Assembly: GCA_046570105.1 (NCBI GenBank)
Contig: JBKHVI010000037.1
Span: 1-29,106, forward strand
Direction of reading: 5' to 3'
DNA length: 29,106 nt
DNA from: Bacteriovoracia bacterium
GTDB taxonomy: Bacteria > Bdellovibrionota > Bacteriovoracia > Bacteriovoracales > Bacteriovoracaceae
The translations under genes were made by a program, and so were the position numbers. Below the pieces are notes generated by a model. It saw only the letters and a program-made list of their open reading frames with translations. It was not told the origin of the DNA and ran no database searches. This document shows positions 1 to 9,267 of the stretch, in pieces. Numbering within the stretch: the first letter of the stretch is position 1; the number at the start of each line of letters is the position of its first letter.

Positions 1-1167
1 AATGTCCATGAATACCAGGCCAAAGAGCTTATGCGCGCTCAAGGCATTAGCGTTCTCCGTGGTGGAGTTGCTACTACTGCTGATGAAGCAGTTAAAATCG
101 CCGAAAAACTCGGTGGAAAAATTTGGGTAGTGAAAGCTCAAATCCACGCTGGTGGTCGCGGAAAGGGCGGCGGTGTTCGTCTCGCCAAATCGCTCGACGA
201 AGTAAAAAAACACGCCGGTGACATTCTTGGCATGCAGTTGGTGACTCATCAAACTGGCCCAGAAGGAAAAAAAGTTCTGAAAGTTTTGATCGAAGAAGGT
301 TGTGACATCGACAAGGAATACTACGTCGGTATCGTGCTTGATCGCTCAATTGGCAAATTTGTCATGATGGCTTCTTCTGAAGGTGGCGTTGAGATTGAAA
401 AAGTCGCTCACGACAGCCCAGAGAAAATCATTAAATCGATCATTGATCCAGCTGCTGGCTTTACGCAAGCGGCAGGTCGCAAGCTTGGTTTTGGTATCGG
501 TCTCAAGGGTGATCAACTCACCAAAGCGAATAAGTTTTTTGAAGGTCTCTACAACATGTTTATGCAACATGACTGTTCAATCGCTGAAATCAATCCACTC
601 GTGACAACAAAGTCAGGCGATGTGATCGCTCTCGATGCGAAATTGAATTTCGATGACAATGCCCTTTTCCGTCATCCTGATATCGAAGCTCTTCGCGATC
701 CAACTGAAGAAAGTGCTCAAGAGCTTGAAGCCGGTAAGTATGGTCTCTCTTATATCTCTCTCGATGGTAATATTGGCTGTCTAGTTAACGGTGCCGGTCT
801 TGCGATGGGTACACTCGATATCATTAAGCTTTGCGGTGGAAATCCTGCCAACTTCCTCGATGTAGGCGGTGGCGCGAGTAAAGAAACTGTTGAGAAAGCT
901 TTCTCTATTATTCTACAAGACTCAAATGTTAAGGCCATTCTCGTGAATATCTTCGGTGGCATTATGAAGTGTGACATCATCGCTGATGGTGTTATCGCTG
1001 CTGCCAAATCATTGGGCGTAAAAGTTCCTTTGGTTGTTCGCCTTGAAGGTACTAACGTGGCCCTTGGTAAAAAAATGTTAAATGAATCAGGTCTCAAGAT
1101 TATCGCTGCCGATGATCTCGCCGATGCTGCGAAGAAAGTAGTCGCTGCTGCTAAGGGAGGAAACTAG
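1..1167 (+). CDS. sucC: Succinyl-CoA synthetase beta subunit (5' end truncated; true ATG probably just upstream of the window)
   Basis: Frame from position 1 reads [11 protein letters not shown], matching the canonical M-N-x-H-E-Y-Q-A-K start. Motifs [41 protein letters not shown]. Confidence 0.98.
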   Translation, partial: NVHEYQAKELMRAQGISVLRGGVATTADEAVKIAEKLGGKIWVVKAQIHAGGRGKGGGVRLAKSLDEVKKHAGDILGMQLVTHQTGPEGKKVLKVLIEEGCDIDKEYYVGIVLDRSIGKFVMMASSEGGVEIEKVAHDSPEKIIKSIIDPAAGFTQAAGRKLGFGIGLKGDQLTKANKFFEGLYNMFMQHDCSIAEINPLVTTKSGDVIALDAKLNFDDNALFRHPDIEALRDPTEESAQELEAGKYGLSYISLDGNIGCLVNGAGLAMGTLDIIKLCGGNPANFLDVGGGASKETVEKAFSIILQDSNVKAILVNIFGGIMKCDIIADGVIAAAKSLGVKVPLVVRLEGTNVALGKKMLNESGLKIIAADDLADAAKKVVAAAKGGN

Positions 1168-1168
1168 T

Positions 1169-2044
1169 ATGGCCATTCTAATTAACCGTGACACCAAGCT
1201 CATCACTTTAGGTCTAACTGGTAAGCAAGGTTCTTTCCATTCACTTCAGTGTCGTGATTACGGCACACAAGTTGTGGGCGGTGTGACTCCTGGAAAAGGC
1301 GGTCTGGTTCACGAAGGCATTCCAGTCTTTAACACAGCTTTTGATGCTATCAAGCAAACTGGCGCCAATGCGGCGATGGTTTTTGTTCCACCTCCATTTG
1401 CAGCCGACTCAATTCTTGAATGTATCGAAATGGAAATGCCTCTTGTGATCGCTATCACTGAAGGTATTCCTGTAAAAGACATGATCAAAGTTAAGAACGC
1501 TCTCAAAGGTTCAAAGACACGCTTGATCGGTCCCAACTGTCCGGGAGTTATTACTCCAGGAGAGTGTAAGATCGGTATTATGCCAGGCCATATTCATATG
1601 CCTGGTCGCGTGGGAGTTATCTCTCGCTCAGGAACGCTGACATATGAAGCTGTTTTCCAGCTCACTCAACGTAATATCGGTCAATCGACATGTGTCGGAA
1701 TCGGTGGAGATCCTGTTAACGGCACAAACTTTATTGATGTGCTCGAGATGTTCCATAACGACAAAGATACAGACGCCGTCATTATGATTGGTGAGATCGG
1801 TGGATCAGCTGAAACAGATGCTGGACACTGGATTAAGAAGAATTTCAAGAAACCTGTGGTGAGCTTTATTGCAGGTGCTGCGGCCCCAGCTGGAAAGCGC
1901 ATGGGTCATGCAGGAGCTATTATTTCAGGTGGAGATGACACAGCTGAAGCTAAATTCCGTATCCTACAGGAATGTGGTGTAACCATCGCCCGTTCACCTG
2001 CGGAATTAGGCCAGAAGGTTGCCGAAGTCCTGAAGAAAGTATAA
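1169..2044 (+). CDS. sucD: Succinyl-CoA synthetase alpha subunit
   Basis: [25 protein letters not shown], phospho-His motif RMGHAGA; follows sucC; SD GGAGG upstream. Confidence 0.98.
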   Translation: MAILINRDTKLITLGLTGKQGSFHSLQCRDYGTQVVGGVTPGKGGLVHEGIPVFNTAFDAIKQTGANAAMVFVPPPFAADSILECIEMEMPLVIAITEGIPVKDMIKVKNALKGSKTRLIGPNCPGVITPGECKIGIMPGHIHMPGRVGVISRSGTLTYEAVFQLTQRNIGQSTCVGIGGDPVNGTNFIDVLEMFHNDKDTDAVIMIGEIGGSAETDAGHWIKKNFKKPVVSFIAGAAAPAGKRMGHAGAIISGGDDTAEAKFRILQECGVTIARSPAELGQKVAEVLKKV

Positions 2045-2077
2045 GTATCTGACACACAACATTTGAGAGGAGCTTTT

Positions 2078-2506
2078 ATGGCCGTCGAAAAAACACTCAG
2101 TATCGTTAAGCCCAATTCAACATTGGATAACAACATCGGAAATATCATTGCTGTTTTCGAAAAAAATGGTCTTCGTATTTCAGCTGCTCGTTTCGCTAAA
2201 CTCTCTAAAGAGAAAGCCGAAGGTTTCTATATTGAGCACAAAGAGCGTCCATTCTTCGGCGAACTCGTGACTTTCATGACTTCAGGCCCAGTTATGTTGA
2301 TGGTTCTTGAAGGTGAAAACGCAGTAGCTAAGAACCGCGAGCTTATGGGTGCAACAAATCCAGCTAACGCAGCTCCAGGCACAATTCGTAAGCTTTACGC
2401 TAAGTCTGTAGGTGAGAACTCAGTTCACGGTTCTGACTCATTGGCTTCAGCTGAGCGCGAAATCGCTTACTTCTTCGAGAAGAACGAAGTCGTAAATCGT
2501 TTTTAA
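2078..2506 (+). CDS. ndk: Nucleoside diphosphate kinase
   Basis: [33 protein letters not shown]. Start moved to ATG 2078, which follows SD GAGGAG (2067-2072). Confidence 0.98.
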   Translation: MAVEKTLSIVKPNSTLDNNIGNIIAVFEKNGLRISAARFAKLSKEKAEGFYIEHKERPFFGELVTFMTSGPVMLMVLEGENAVAKNRELMGATNPANAAPGTIRKLYAKSVGENSVHGSDSLASAEREIAYFFEKNEVVNRF

Positions 2507-2530
2507 TTTAAATTTAGATTTGTTTTAAAG

Positions 2531-2558
2531 AAAAGCCCCGCTTTTGCGGGGCTTTTTT
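2531..2558. terminator. Bidirectional intrinsic terminator
   Basis: AAAAGCCCCGC-TTTT-GCGGGGCTTTTTT between convergent ndk and the metalloprotease operon. Confidence 0.9.
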
Positions 2559-4122
2559 ATTTCATCCAGTCGTCGTTGGTACAATAAGCTGGTCGACCGC
2601 TGCAGTCGTTTTTATCAAAAGTCCCTTTGTAGGCCCATTTCGAACATTCGTTATACTGAGGAGTCACATTGTCGCACGCTCCTCCAATGATACGATTAAA
2701 GTGCACTGGCTCTAGAATTGAACTGCGAGTTGGTTTTGGTCCTGGCATTGTGAAGCCATTTTCGCGAACAACATAATTTCCTCTTACTCCCCATGCCGTT
2801 TTAATTTCTCGACTGCCTGCTGGGCAGTAAGGGTTAGTGTAGTTCGGTAGGTTGGCGAGGACGTCAGCGCGTACTTCCATACAGGCTTGGTCATTTTCAG
2901 GACAGTTGCAGGTGAGTTCAGTGGGACTCATTTTTGTAATATTATGGGCGAATATGTCGTAGAGGGTGGCCTTAAATCCACGATCCCCGATGGGTGAAGA
3001 AAAATTCTTTTTACTTGTATCAAGTGGAATGCTTGATTTCATAACTGCGGTACCACAATACTTATTGCGAAATTTATAGTCGGCTGGTCCCAAAGCCCAG
3101 GAGGTAGCCTTTAATCTGATGATATCAGCGTTGTTAGATTCTAATAGTTTATGACAATCATCATTTGTACATTCACAAGTGAGTTGTTTCGGGATTGTTT
3201 GATTAAAAATGGCGGTATGGTTCTTCATGATTGAATCAAATGAAGGGACCGCTCGGCATTCATAACCATCATCTTTAGCTTCATATTCATCACATAGCCC
3301 TAAGAGATGGAGGACTTCATGAACAATTGTAGAGCAGGTGATGTCTGCGGCATAGGCCCGAGAATGAGAGCGTGCTCCTGCCGGTTGGATTGAGATTTCT
3401 GAAACGGGCGGGCGTTTATTCATTGGAAGTTTTTTATTTTCTGAAACACTGAGGATATTGAAATCTACGACTTCACCGTTGGGGCCTTTCATCGATTGAT
3501 TAGCAGCGGCCATACAAGTCTTGATGCGATTAAACATCTCGTCACCCGCAATGCCATTCCCGCTATTTACCTCTAAGGCAAGAGCGACAGTCCATTTCTT
3601 CTCTTCAGTACGAATGAGGGTGTATTCTCCGTCAAGGTAACTCGGACTATTACTTTTATCTACGACAACAGATTGACCAGGATTTATCGGTCGACATTCT
3701 TTTACATCTTTAGCCATTTTCGCCAACTGCAGTAATTCTTCAATGCCAGTGGGAGCGTTGTAACAGATTGTTTCGTCTTGCTGAGGAAATTTTTCGGTAC
3801 GAGCATCAATCACCGCTAGAATCTTTTTCATTTGTTCATCGGTAACTGGATCTGTCTTGCTTTTAAATGCGAGATTCTGCGTAATAATCTTTAAGCAGCG
3901 TGAATCCATATTTTTGATCATGTCATTAAGGACGGCGGCTCGCAGTTCAACTGAGTTATTAATGGAAGTCTGATCACTTGTTGAGATGGGAGAGGTGATT
4001 AGTCCACAGTTTTTGGGTTGTGAATTAATACGTGAACGAACAATACCGATTTGTTCATTTGTAACGGCTGCTATCGCAGGTGATAGCAGGGATAGTAGGG
4101 TTGAGAAGAGAATCAGTTTCAT
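2557..4122 (-). CDS. Secreted Cys-rich zinc metalloprotease-like protein (metzincin-type), 521 aa
   Basis: Signal peptide MKLILFSTLLSLLSPAIA; HEVLHLLGLCDEY (3283-3321) followed by Met-turn-like DSIM; many Cys; paralog of 4713..7130. Confidence 0.75.
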   Translation of the reverse strand: MKLILFSTLLSLLSPAIAAVTNEQIGIVRSRINSQPKNCGLITSPISTSDQTSINNSVELRAAVLNDMIKNMDSRCLKIITQNLAFKSKTDPVTDEQMKKILAVIDARTEKFPQQDETICYNAPTGIEELLQLAKMAKDVKECRPINPGQSVVVDKSNSPSYLDGEYTLIRTEEKKWTVALALEVNSGNGIAGDEMFNRIKTCMAAANQSMKGPNGEVVDFNILSVSENKKLPMNKRPPVSEISIQPAGARSHSRAYAADITCSTIVHEVLHLLGLCDEYEAKDDGYECRAVPSFDSIMKNHTAIFNQTIPKQLTCECTNDDCHKLLESNNADIIRLKATSWALGPADYKFRNKYCGTAVMKSSIPLDTSKKNFSSPIGDRGFKATLYDIFAHNITKMSPTELTCNCPENDQACMEVRADVLANLPNYTNPYCPAGSREIKTAWGVRGNYVVRENGFTMPGPKPTRSSILEPVHFNRIIGGACDNVTPQYNECSKWAYKGTFDKNDCSGRPAYCTNDDWMK

Positions 4123-4125
4123 CCA

Positions 4126-4716
4126 TTACTCCAAATACAAGGCGCCCCATTGGCGTGCCATACAGCGAGTCGGAAAGCGTGGAACTTCACAGAAAAAACG
4201 AGCATTGAAAGGCTCTCTACTCACTTCTTTGCCGTCTTTAAAAAAGACATAGTGTTTACGACTTTTTTCGAGTTCGACTCCATCAAGTAATGTCAGCTGG
4301 AGTCGTTGTAACTTAGTCGCTATTTCAACCAGTCGTGGATAATGAATCGATCCTTCTTGAACCTTATATCCACTAATCTTAAAATAAGGTGAGTGCGGAG
4401 ATTTATTGCTATTAAGTTGGTTGAAGCTTGTTCCCAAGCTGATGAGCTTTTGATCTGCCGCTTTTAGTTCAAGCTCTAGTTTTGCGAGCTCAGATTTAAT
4501 CTTTTGCAATTCGGTCTCGTCTTTAGCAGCGAACTCACCTAATCGGAGATCAACTTTTTCGTCAAACCAGTTGCTGGTTTTTTTAATAACCGTGTTACCG
4601 GCAGATTCTAGGAGTTCAATTCGATCAACACCAAGACCAGTTGAGCGCTCATGGGAAAATTGAATAGCTGCCCATGTTGATTGAGTCAGTAGAATAGAAA
4701 AAATAAATATTTTCAT
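4126..4716 (-). CDS. Secreted hypothetical protein, 196 aa
   Basis: Signal peptide MKIFIFSILLTQSTWA; central coiled-coil-like helix; C-terminal Cys pair; ATGA overlap with the upstream gene and 3-nt gap to the downstream gene. Confidence 0.8.
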   Translation of the reverse strand: MKIFIFSILLTQSTWAAIQFSHERSTGLGVDRIELLESAGNTVIKKTSNWFDEKVDLRLGEFAAKDETELQKIKSELAKLELELKAADQKLISLGTSFNQLNSNKSPHSPYFKISGYKVQEGSIHYPRLVEIATKLQRLQLTLLDGVELEKSRKHYVFFKDGKEVSREPFNARFFCEVPRFPTRCMARQWGALYLE

Positions 4717-7130
4717 TGAGAGACTCCTAGGAATTCTTTGTCAGAATCACAGTAGGCAGGTTTGCCTTGGCAATTATTTGTATCTTGCTTTTTACGGTAG
4801 GCCCATTGAGCACATTCAGAATACTTTTGTGCCGCCTTCGGACATGCGCCCCCGACGATTCGTTCGAAATGTTGAGGGTGAAGTATACTCGGCCATTCGG
4901 CTAATTTCGCCAGCGTAAAGCGTTTACCATTCCAGTTGTAATTGGAATTTAAATCTGTGGGCAGTCCTTTTTCACTGGCGACTAGATTAGAGCTACCAGG
5001 ACACGAGGCATGTTTATCTTTAACAGCTTTTTCCACAGATTGGGCCAGGCTTGTAATGTCTTGTTCACACTCTGAAGAATCAGAGCACTTACAAACTAGC
5101 TTAGTTTGACTGACCTTGTTGGCATTATCATTAATTGAATAGCTGAGAATGGTAATTTCATTATCAGTCCGCTTATTAATGATATGAGGAATGCTGTGGC
5201 CCTCTGGATTCCAATTTACATTGGGAAGATCTACGAATTGGCAGTGTTTGTTTCGAAGCTGATAATCGGTCACCTCATAAATTGAGCGGCTGATTAAGAT
5301 ATCGCGTTTAAGATTATCTTGTCCGCCCATGATTTTAGTACAGACATCGCTTCTACATTCACACGTAAGAGTTTCAGGCATCCCTCTTCTAAAAGCGTTT
5401 CGCTGATTCGACATAACTGAATCAATCTTGGGTGTGGCCCGACAAGTATACCCGTCATTTGTTCCATCATATTCATCGCATAGACCAGTCAGGTGGAGTA
5501 CTTCATGGGTAATAGTAGGGCAGTCAATATTGGCAGCATAGGAAGCCGAATTTGACCGTGAGTTAGGTGCTTGGATAGCTACGTTATTAATCATGGGACG
5601 ATGTGCACTTGGAAGTTTGGCGACATCGCTAGTAGATAAAATTTTGAAGTTTAACACTTGACCTTGGGGGCCTTTGAGAAATGGTGTAACGCTGCTGATG
5701 CAGCTCTGAACTTTTGCCATCATCTTGGTGGTGTCATCATCTGGGAACTTCATTGCGACACCGATATCAAAACTACCATCATCATTTTTTGTAAGACTGT
5801 AGTTACCAGTAATTCCAGTGGGAGTTCCGTCACGAAATGAAACGACTTTTGTTTGTCCTGGTTTTAATTCAAGACAGGCCATAGCCTCTTTGTTGTCTTT
5901 TATCTTTGAGAGTAAATCTTTTAATTGTGAAGCAGGGGATTGGTCGCAGTCATCGCAGCTTTCTTCAAGCTGCTGACTGACATCTCCATATCCGATGGCG
6001 AGAAGTTGGCGGATGTTTTGATGATGAATGGGCTCACGAGCTTTCATTTGTTCACAAACGGGACTTGCGTGCTCTTGGCAGTATCGATAGATTTCGCGAT
6101 CTGGAGAAAACTCTGAACTGACACTTGCTGCGTAGTTTTGCGTCAGCTGTCTTAAACAGTCGGCATCCACTTTTTCACTCAGTTTCGTTGCATACTTCGC
6201 AAATGAATTTGGAAAATTTGAAAGTGGATAGCTGCGCTCATTATAACTTAGGTACTCAGTGAGTTGATTACATTGCGCCGGCTCTTTATCAAGTCTCGCA
6301 AGCATAAGATTCAAGACTTCTTCATTGTCAAAAGCGAGGCCGGTAATCTGCTCCCAGTTTTTGTCACTTGCAGCAACTGCTTTTGTCTTTGCTGCAAACG
6401 CCTTGTCTAGCTGCTCTCCAGTTCTCTTCACACTGTCATTGATCTGCTGGCAAAGCTGTTTAGGCTCTGGGCAACCATTACTCACAAGGTTGAGTTTTTG
6501 TTTTTCTAGTTCAGCTTTTAAATTATTTAAACAAACCAGACCTGGGGGCAAGTTTGTGTAGTTTGAGCTGCCCACAATATTTGAAAGTGTTCTTGTTGAA
6601 AATAAAACCTCACTACTCAGTTCACCTTTGGTACAAAAATCGGTTATCGCTTTTTGTGAGATTTCATAGGTTAGCCCTGCTTTTTCACTGCCGGGTAATT
6701 GGCGTGGCAGTACACGGGGAGGAGCTAATTTAAAAAATTTGCCGTTCTTGATTTCACGAGTGAGTGCAGCTATCAGATCATCTTGAGAACGATTACATTC
6801 AATCGGATTTAACTTTTCACAAACGGCCGTTTTTTTAAACTTAGCTATTTCTTCGACTAGGTTTTCTTTGAGTTTATTGAGACACTCCGTGTATTCGATA
6901 GTGACACTTGAAGGTTTGACGTCAAAAATATTGGGTTTAAGTTTGGCAGATAGTTCACCATCAAATTCAGCAAAACTAATTTTGATTTGTTTGAGATCGG
7001 GAAGTCGCTTGATGCCGGCGTATTGTTGTTGGGGACAACTCCAGCTGATTTCTAGACCAGCGGAATTGGCCCAGACATGAGTTAGATTAAGCCCCCAGAG
7101 GGACAGAAGAATAAATAATTGTTGTCGCAT
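4713..7130 (-). CDS. Secreted Cys-rich zinc metalloprotease-like protein (metzincin-type), about 805 aa
   Basis: Signal peptide ending HVWA; HEVLHLTGLCDEY (5469-5507) plus DSVM. ATG 7130 follows an AAGGG SD (GTG 7136 is an alternative start). Confidence 0.75.
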   Translation of the reverse strand: MRQQLFILLSLWGLNLTHVWANSAGLEISWSCPQQQYAGIKRLPDLKQIKISFAEFDGELSAKLKPNIFDVKPSSVTIEYTECLNKLKENLVEEIAKFKKTAVCEKLNPIECNRSQDDLIAALTREIKNGKFFKLAPPRVLPRQLPGSEKAGLTYEISQKAITDFCTKGELSSEVLFSTRTLSNIVGSSNYTNLPPGLVCLNNLKAELEKQKLNLVSNGCPEPKQLCQQINDSVKRTGEQLDKAFAAKTKAVAASDKNWEQITGLAFDNEEVLNLMLARLDKEPAQCNQLTEYLSYNERSYPLSNFPNSFAKYATKLSEKVDADCLRQLTQNYAASVSSEFSPDREIYRYCQEHASPVCEQMKAREPIHHQNIRQLLAIGYGDVSQQLEESCDDCDQSPASQLKDLLSKIKDNKEAMACLELKPGQTKVVSFRDGTPTGITGNYSLTKNDDGSFDIGVAMKFPDDDTTKMMAKVQSCISSVTPFLKGPQGQVLNFKILSTSDVAKLPSAHRPMINNVAIQAPNSRSNSASYAANIDCPTITHEVLHLTGLCDEYDGTNDGYTCRATPKIDSVMSNQRNAFRRGMPETLTCECRSDVCTKIMGGQDNLKRDILISRSIYEVTDYQLRNKHCQFVDLPNVNWNPEGHSIPHIINKRTDNEITILSYSINDNANKVSQTKLVCKCSDSSECEQDITSLAQSVEKAVKDKHASCPGSSNLVASEKGLPTDLNSNYNWNGKRFTLAKLAEWPSILHPQHFERIVGGACPKAAQKYSECAQWAYRKKQDTNNCQGKPAYCDSDKEFLGVSQ

Positions 7131-7229
7131 AAACACCCTTACCCGCCTTTAAGTTTAGCGTGCTTAGGTGGAAGGAGCGAAGGGCTGCAAGATTGACCGG
7201 AGCAAACGACTCAAGAATTCTCCAGAGGC

Positions 7230-7246
7230 CCTGTAATTATTACAGG
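7230..7246. promoter_or_regulatory. Perfect inverted repeat, possible operator
   Basis: CCTGTAAT-T-ATTACAGG in the divergent intergenic region between the protease operon and carD. Confidence 0.4.
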
Positions 7247-7311
7247 TTGGGTGGCTTTGGGTGTCACGATGCGTTATAAGTAAAGACTGTAGTTCGTGTC
7301 CGGAGGTTTAA

Positions 7312-7785
7312 ATGTTTAATTTGGGTGACCATGTGGTTTGTCCAGGCCATGGAGTCGGACAAATCCTTAGTGTTGAGACTAAGAATATGGGTGAGGCCAT
7401 TAAGAGCTTCTACATAATCAAAGTCGTCACAAATGGCATGAAAGTGATGATCCCTACGGATAGTAAGGAAGGCGTTCGTCATCTCGTTTCTGTGAATGAA
7501 ATCAACAATGTATTTGATCTCTTGGGCGATCATAATGTGAAGGTCGATAACTCGACTTGGAACCGTCGCCACCGTGAATATAGCCTTAAAGTTAAGACGG
7601 GTTCACTGATTGAAATTGCTGATGTTTTACGCCAACTCTTGCTCCTAAAAATGAGCAAAAAGCTCTCTTTCGGGGAGCGTAAAATGCTTGATCAGTGTAA
7701 AGAGCTGTTGGTGAAAGAGATCTCTTTGTCTTCTGGCACTCCAGAGCCTGAAATCTCTAACAAAATTGACTCTTTATACACTTAG
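7312..7785 (+). CDS. carD: CarD/CdnL family RNA polymerase-binding transcription factor
   Basis: F-x-x-GD-x-VV-x-P-x-HGVG N-terminus, MIP, conserved Trp motif TWNRR, LSFGER; SD GGAGG. Confidence 0.93.
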   Translation: MFNLGDHVVCPGHGVGQILSVETKNMGEAIKSFYIIKVVTNGMKVMIPTDSKEGVRHLVSVNEINNVFDLLGDHNVKVDNSTWNRRHREYSLKVKTGSLIEIADVLRQLLLLKMSKKLSFGERKMLDQCKELLVKEISLSSGTPEPEISNKIDSLYT

Positions 7786-7823
7786 TCCCTTAGGGTAATC
7801 TATCTCCTTGATAGGAGAAGATT

Positions 7824-9266
7824 ATGAGTGTTCGCGTTCGTTTTGCCCCATCCCCCACAGGATATCTACATATCGGTGGCGCCCGTACGGCGCTCTACAA
7901 CTGGCTTTTTGCAAAAGCCAAGGGTGGAACTTTCGTTTTGCGTATTGAAGATACCGATCAAGAGCGCTCTAAGCGTGAATATGAAACCCTTCAAATTGAA
8001 GACTTGAAGTGGCTTGGCATCACCTATGATGAGGGGCCTGATAAGCCTAATCCTAAGTATGCTCCTTATCGTCAGATGGAGCGTCTCGATATCTACGCTC
8101 GTTACGCTCAAGAGCTCCTTGATAAGGGGCTCGCGTTCTACGACTTTTGCACTGATGAAGAGCTAGAAGCTATGCGTGCGAAGTCGGAAGCTGAGGGTCG
8201 CGACCCTCGTTACGAAGGTAAGTGGCGTCTACCAGAGCATCGTGCAGAAGCGCTTGCACGGGTGAAGGCCGGTGAGAAAGCAGCTATCCGTTTTCGCGTG
8301 CCAGAAAAAAGCTATGTTTTAAAAGATGAAGTGAAAGGCGAAGTCACTTATCCCGAAGGGATGGTGGGTGACTTTGTAATCATGCGCGCCAACGGCATTC
8401 CGGTTTATAACTACTGCTGTGTGGTTGATGATTTCACCATGGATATCACTCATGTGATTCGGGGTGAAGATCATCTCAACAATACGCTTCGTCAGCTGAT
8501 GATCTATGAAGCCTTCGGTAAAAAACCGCCGGTTTTTGCCCACGTATCATTGTTAATTGGCAGTGATCGTCAGAAGCTTTCAAAACGTCATGGTGCCACT
8601 TCAGTTCATCTCTACAAGGATGAGCATTATCTCCCAGAAGCGCTTTGCAACTATCTCACTTTGCTAGGTTGGTCTCATCCTGATGAGAAAGATATTTTCA
8701 CTAAAGAAGAGATATCTTCTATATTTGATACCCACCGTTTCAGTTCTCACTCGGCGATCTATGATCTGGTGAAACTCAAATGGGTGAACGGTCAGCATTT
8801 AAAGAATTTATCAAACGATACAATCGTCGCAGAGATATCAAAACTCGTAGCACCCACTCATGGATTTAATAAACAAACGCCAGAGTGGAAAGTGATGTGT
8901 GTTGATCTACTCAAACAGAAAGTCGATTTCTTTTCAGAGATGATCACCATGATGGATCAATTGATCTTTGATGAAGAAGTCGAGATGAGTGATGAACTCA
9001 AAGATATTCTCTCTTGGGAGACGACTCCAAAGATCATCACTTATATTCGCAATGAAGTTGCTGCTTTGAGCGGATTTGCTTCTGAGGCGCAACTGAATGT
9101 CTGGAGTGATCACGTTAAAAAAGAACTAGGAATTAAAGGTAAGCCACTCTTTATGGGTTTGAGAGCAGCACTCACTGGCAAGGGCCATGGCCCTGATTTG
9201 AAATTCCTCATTCCTCTCACACCAGTGGAAGTATTGAAGAAACGTTTAACTAAGCTTGGAGCTTAA
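7824..9266 (+). CDS. gltX: Glutamate--tRNA ligase
   Basis: RFAPSPTGYLHIGG, LRIEDTD, HVIRGEDH, KLSKRHG. Confidence 0.97.
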   Translation: MSVRVRFAPSPTGYLHIGGARTALYNWLFAKAKGGTFVLRIEDTDQERSKREYETLQIEDLKWLGITYDEGPDKPNPKYAPYRQMERLDIYARYAQELLDKGLAFYDFCTDEELEAMRAKSEAEGRDPRYEGKWRLPEHRAEALARVKAGEKAAIRFRVPEKSYVLKDEVKGEVTYPEGMVGDFVIMRANGIPVYNYCCVVDDFTMDITHVIRGEDHLNNTLRQLMIYEAFGKKPPVFAHVSLLIGSDRQKLSKRHGATSVHLYKDEHYLPEALCNYLTLLGWSHPDEKDIFTKEEISSIFDTHRFSSHSAIYDLVKLKWVNGQHLKNLSNDTIVAEISKLVAPTHGFNKQTPEWKVMCVDLLKQKVDFFSEMITMMDQLIFDEEVEMSDELKDILSWETTPKIITYIRNEVAALSGFASEAQLNVWSDHVKKELGIKGKPLFMGLRAALTGKGHGPDLKFLIPLTPVEVLKKRLTKLGA

Positions 9267-9267
9267 A

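Noticed and set aside
7146..7157. 12-mer TAAACTTAAAGG shared upstream of the protease operon (minus strand) and at 26324-26335
   Set aside because: An AT-rich 12-mer match is expected by chance in 29 kb, and each copy is explained by a -10-like or SD-like sequence.
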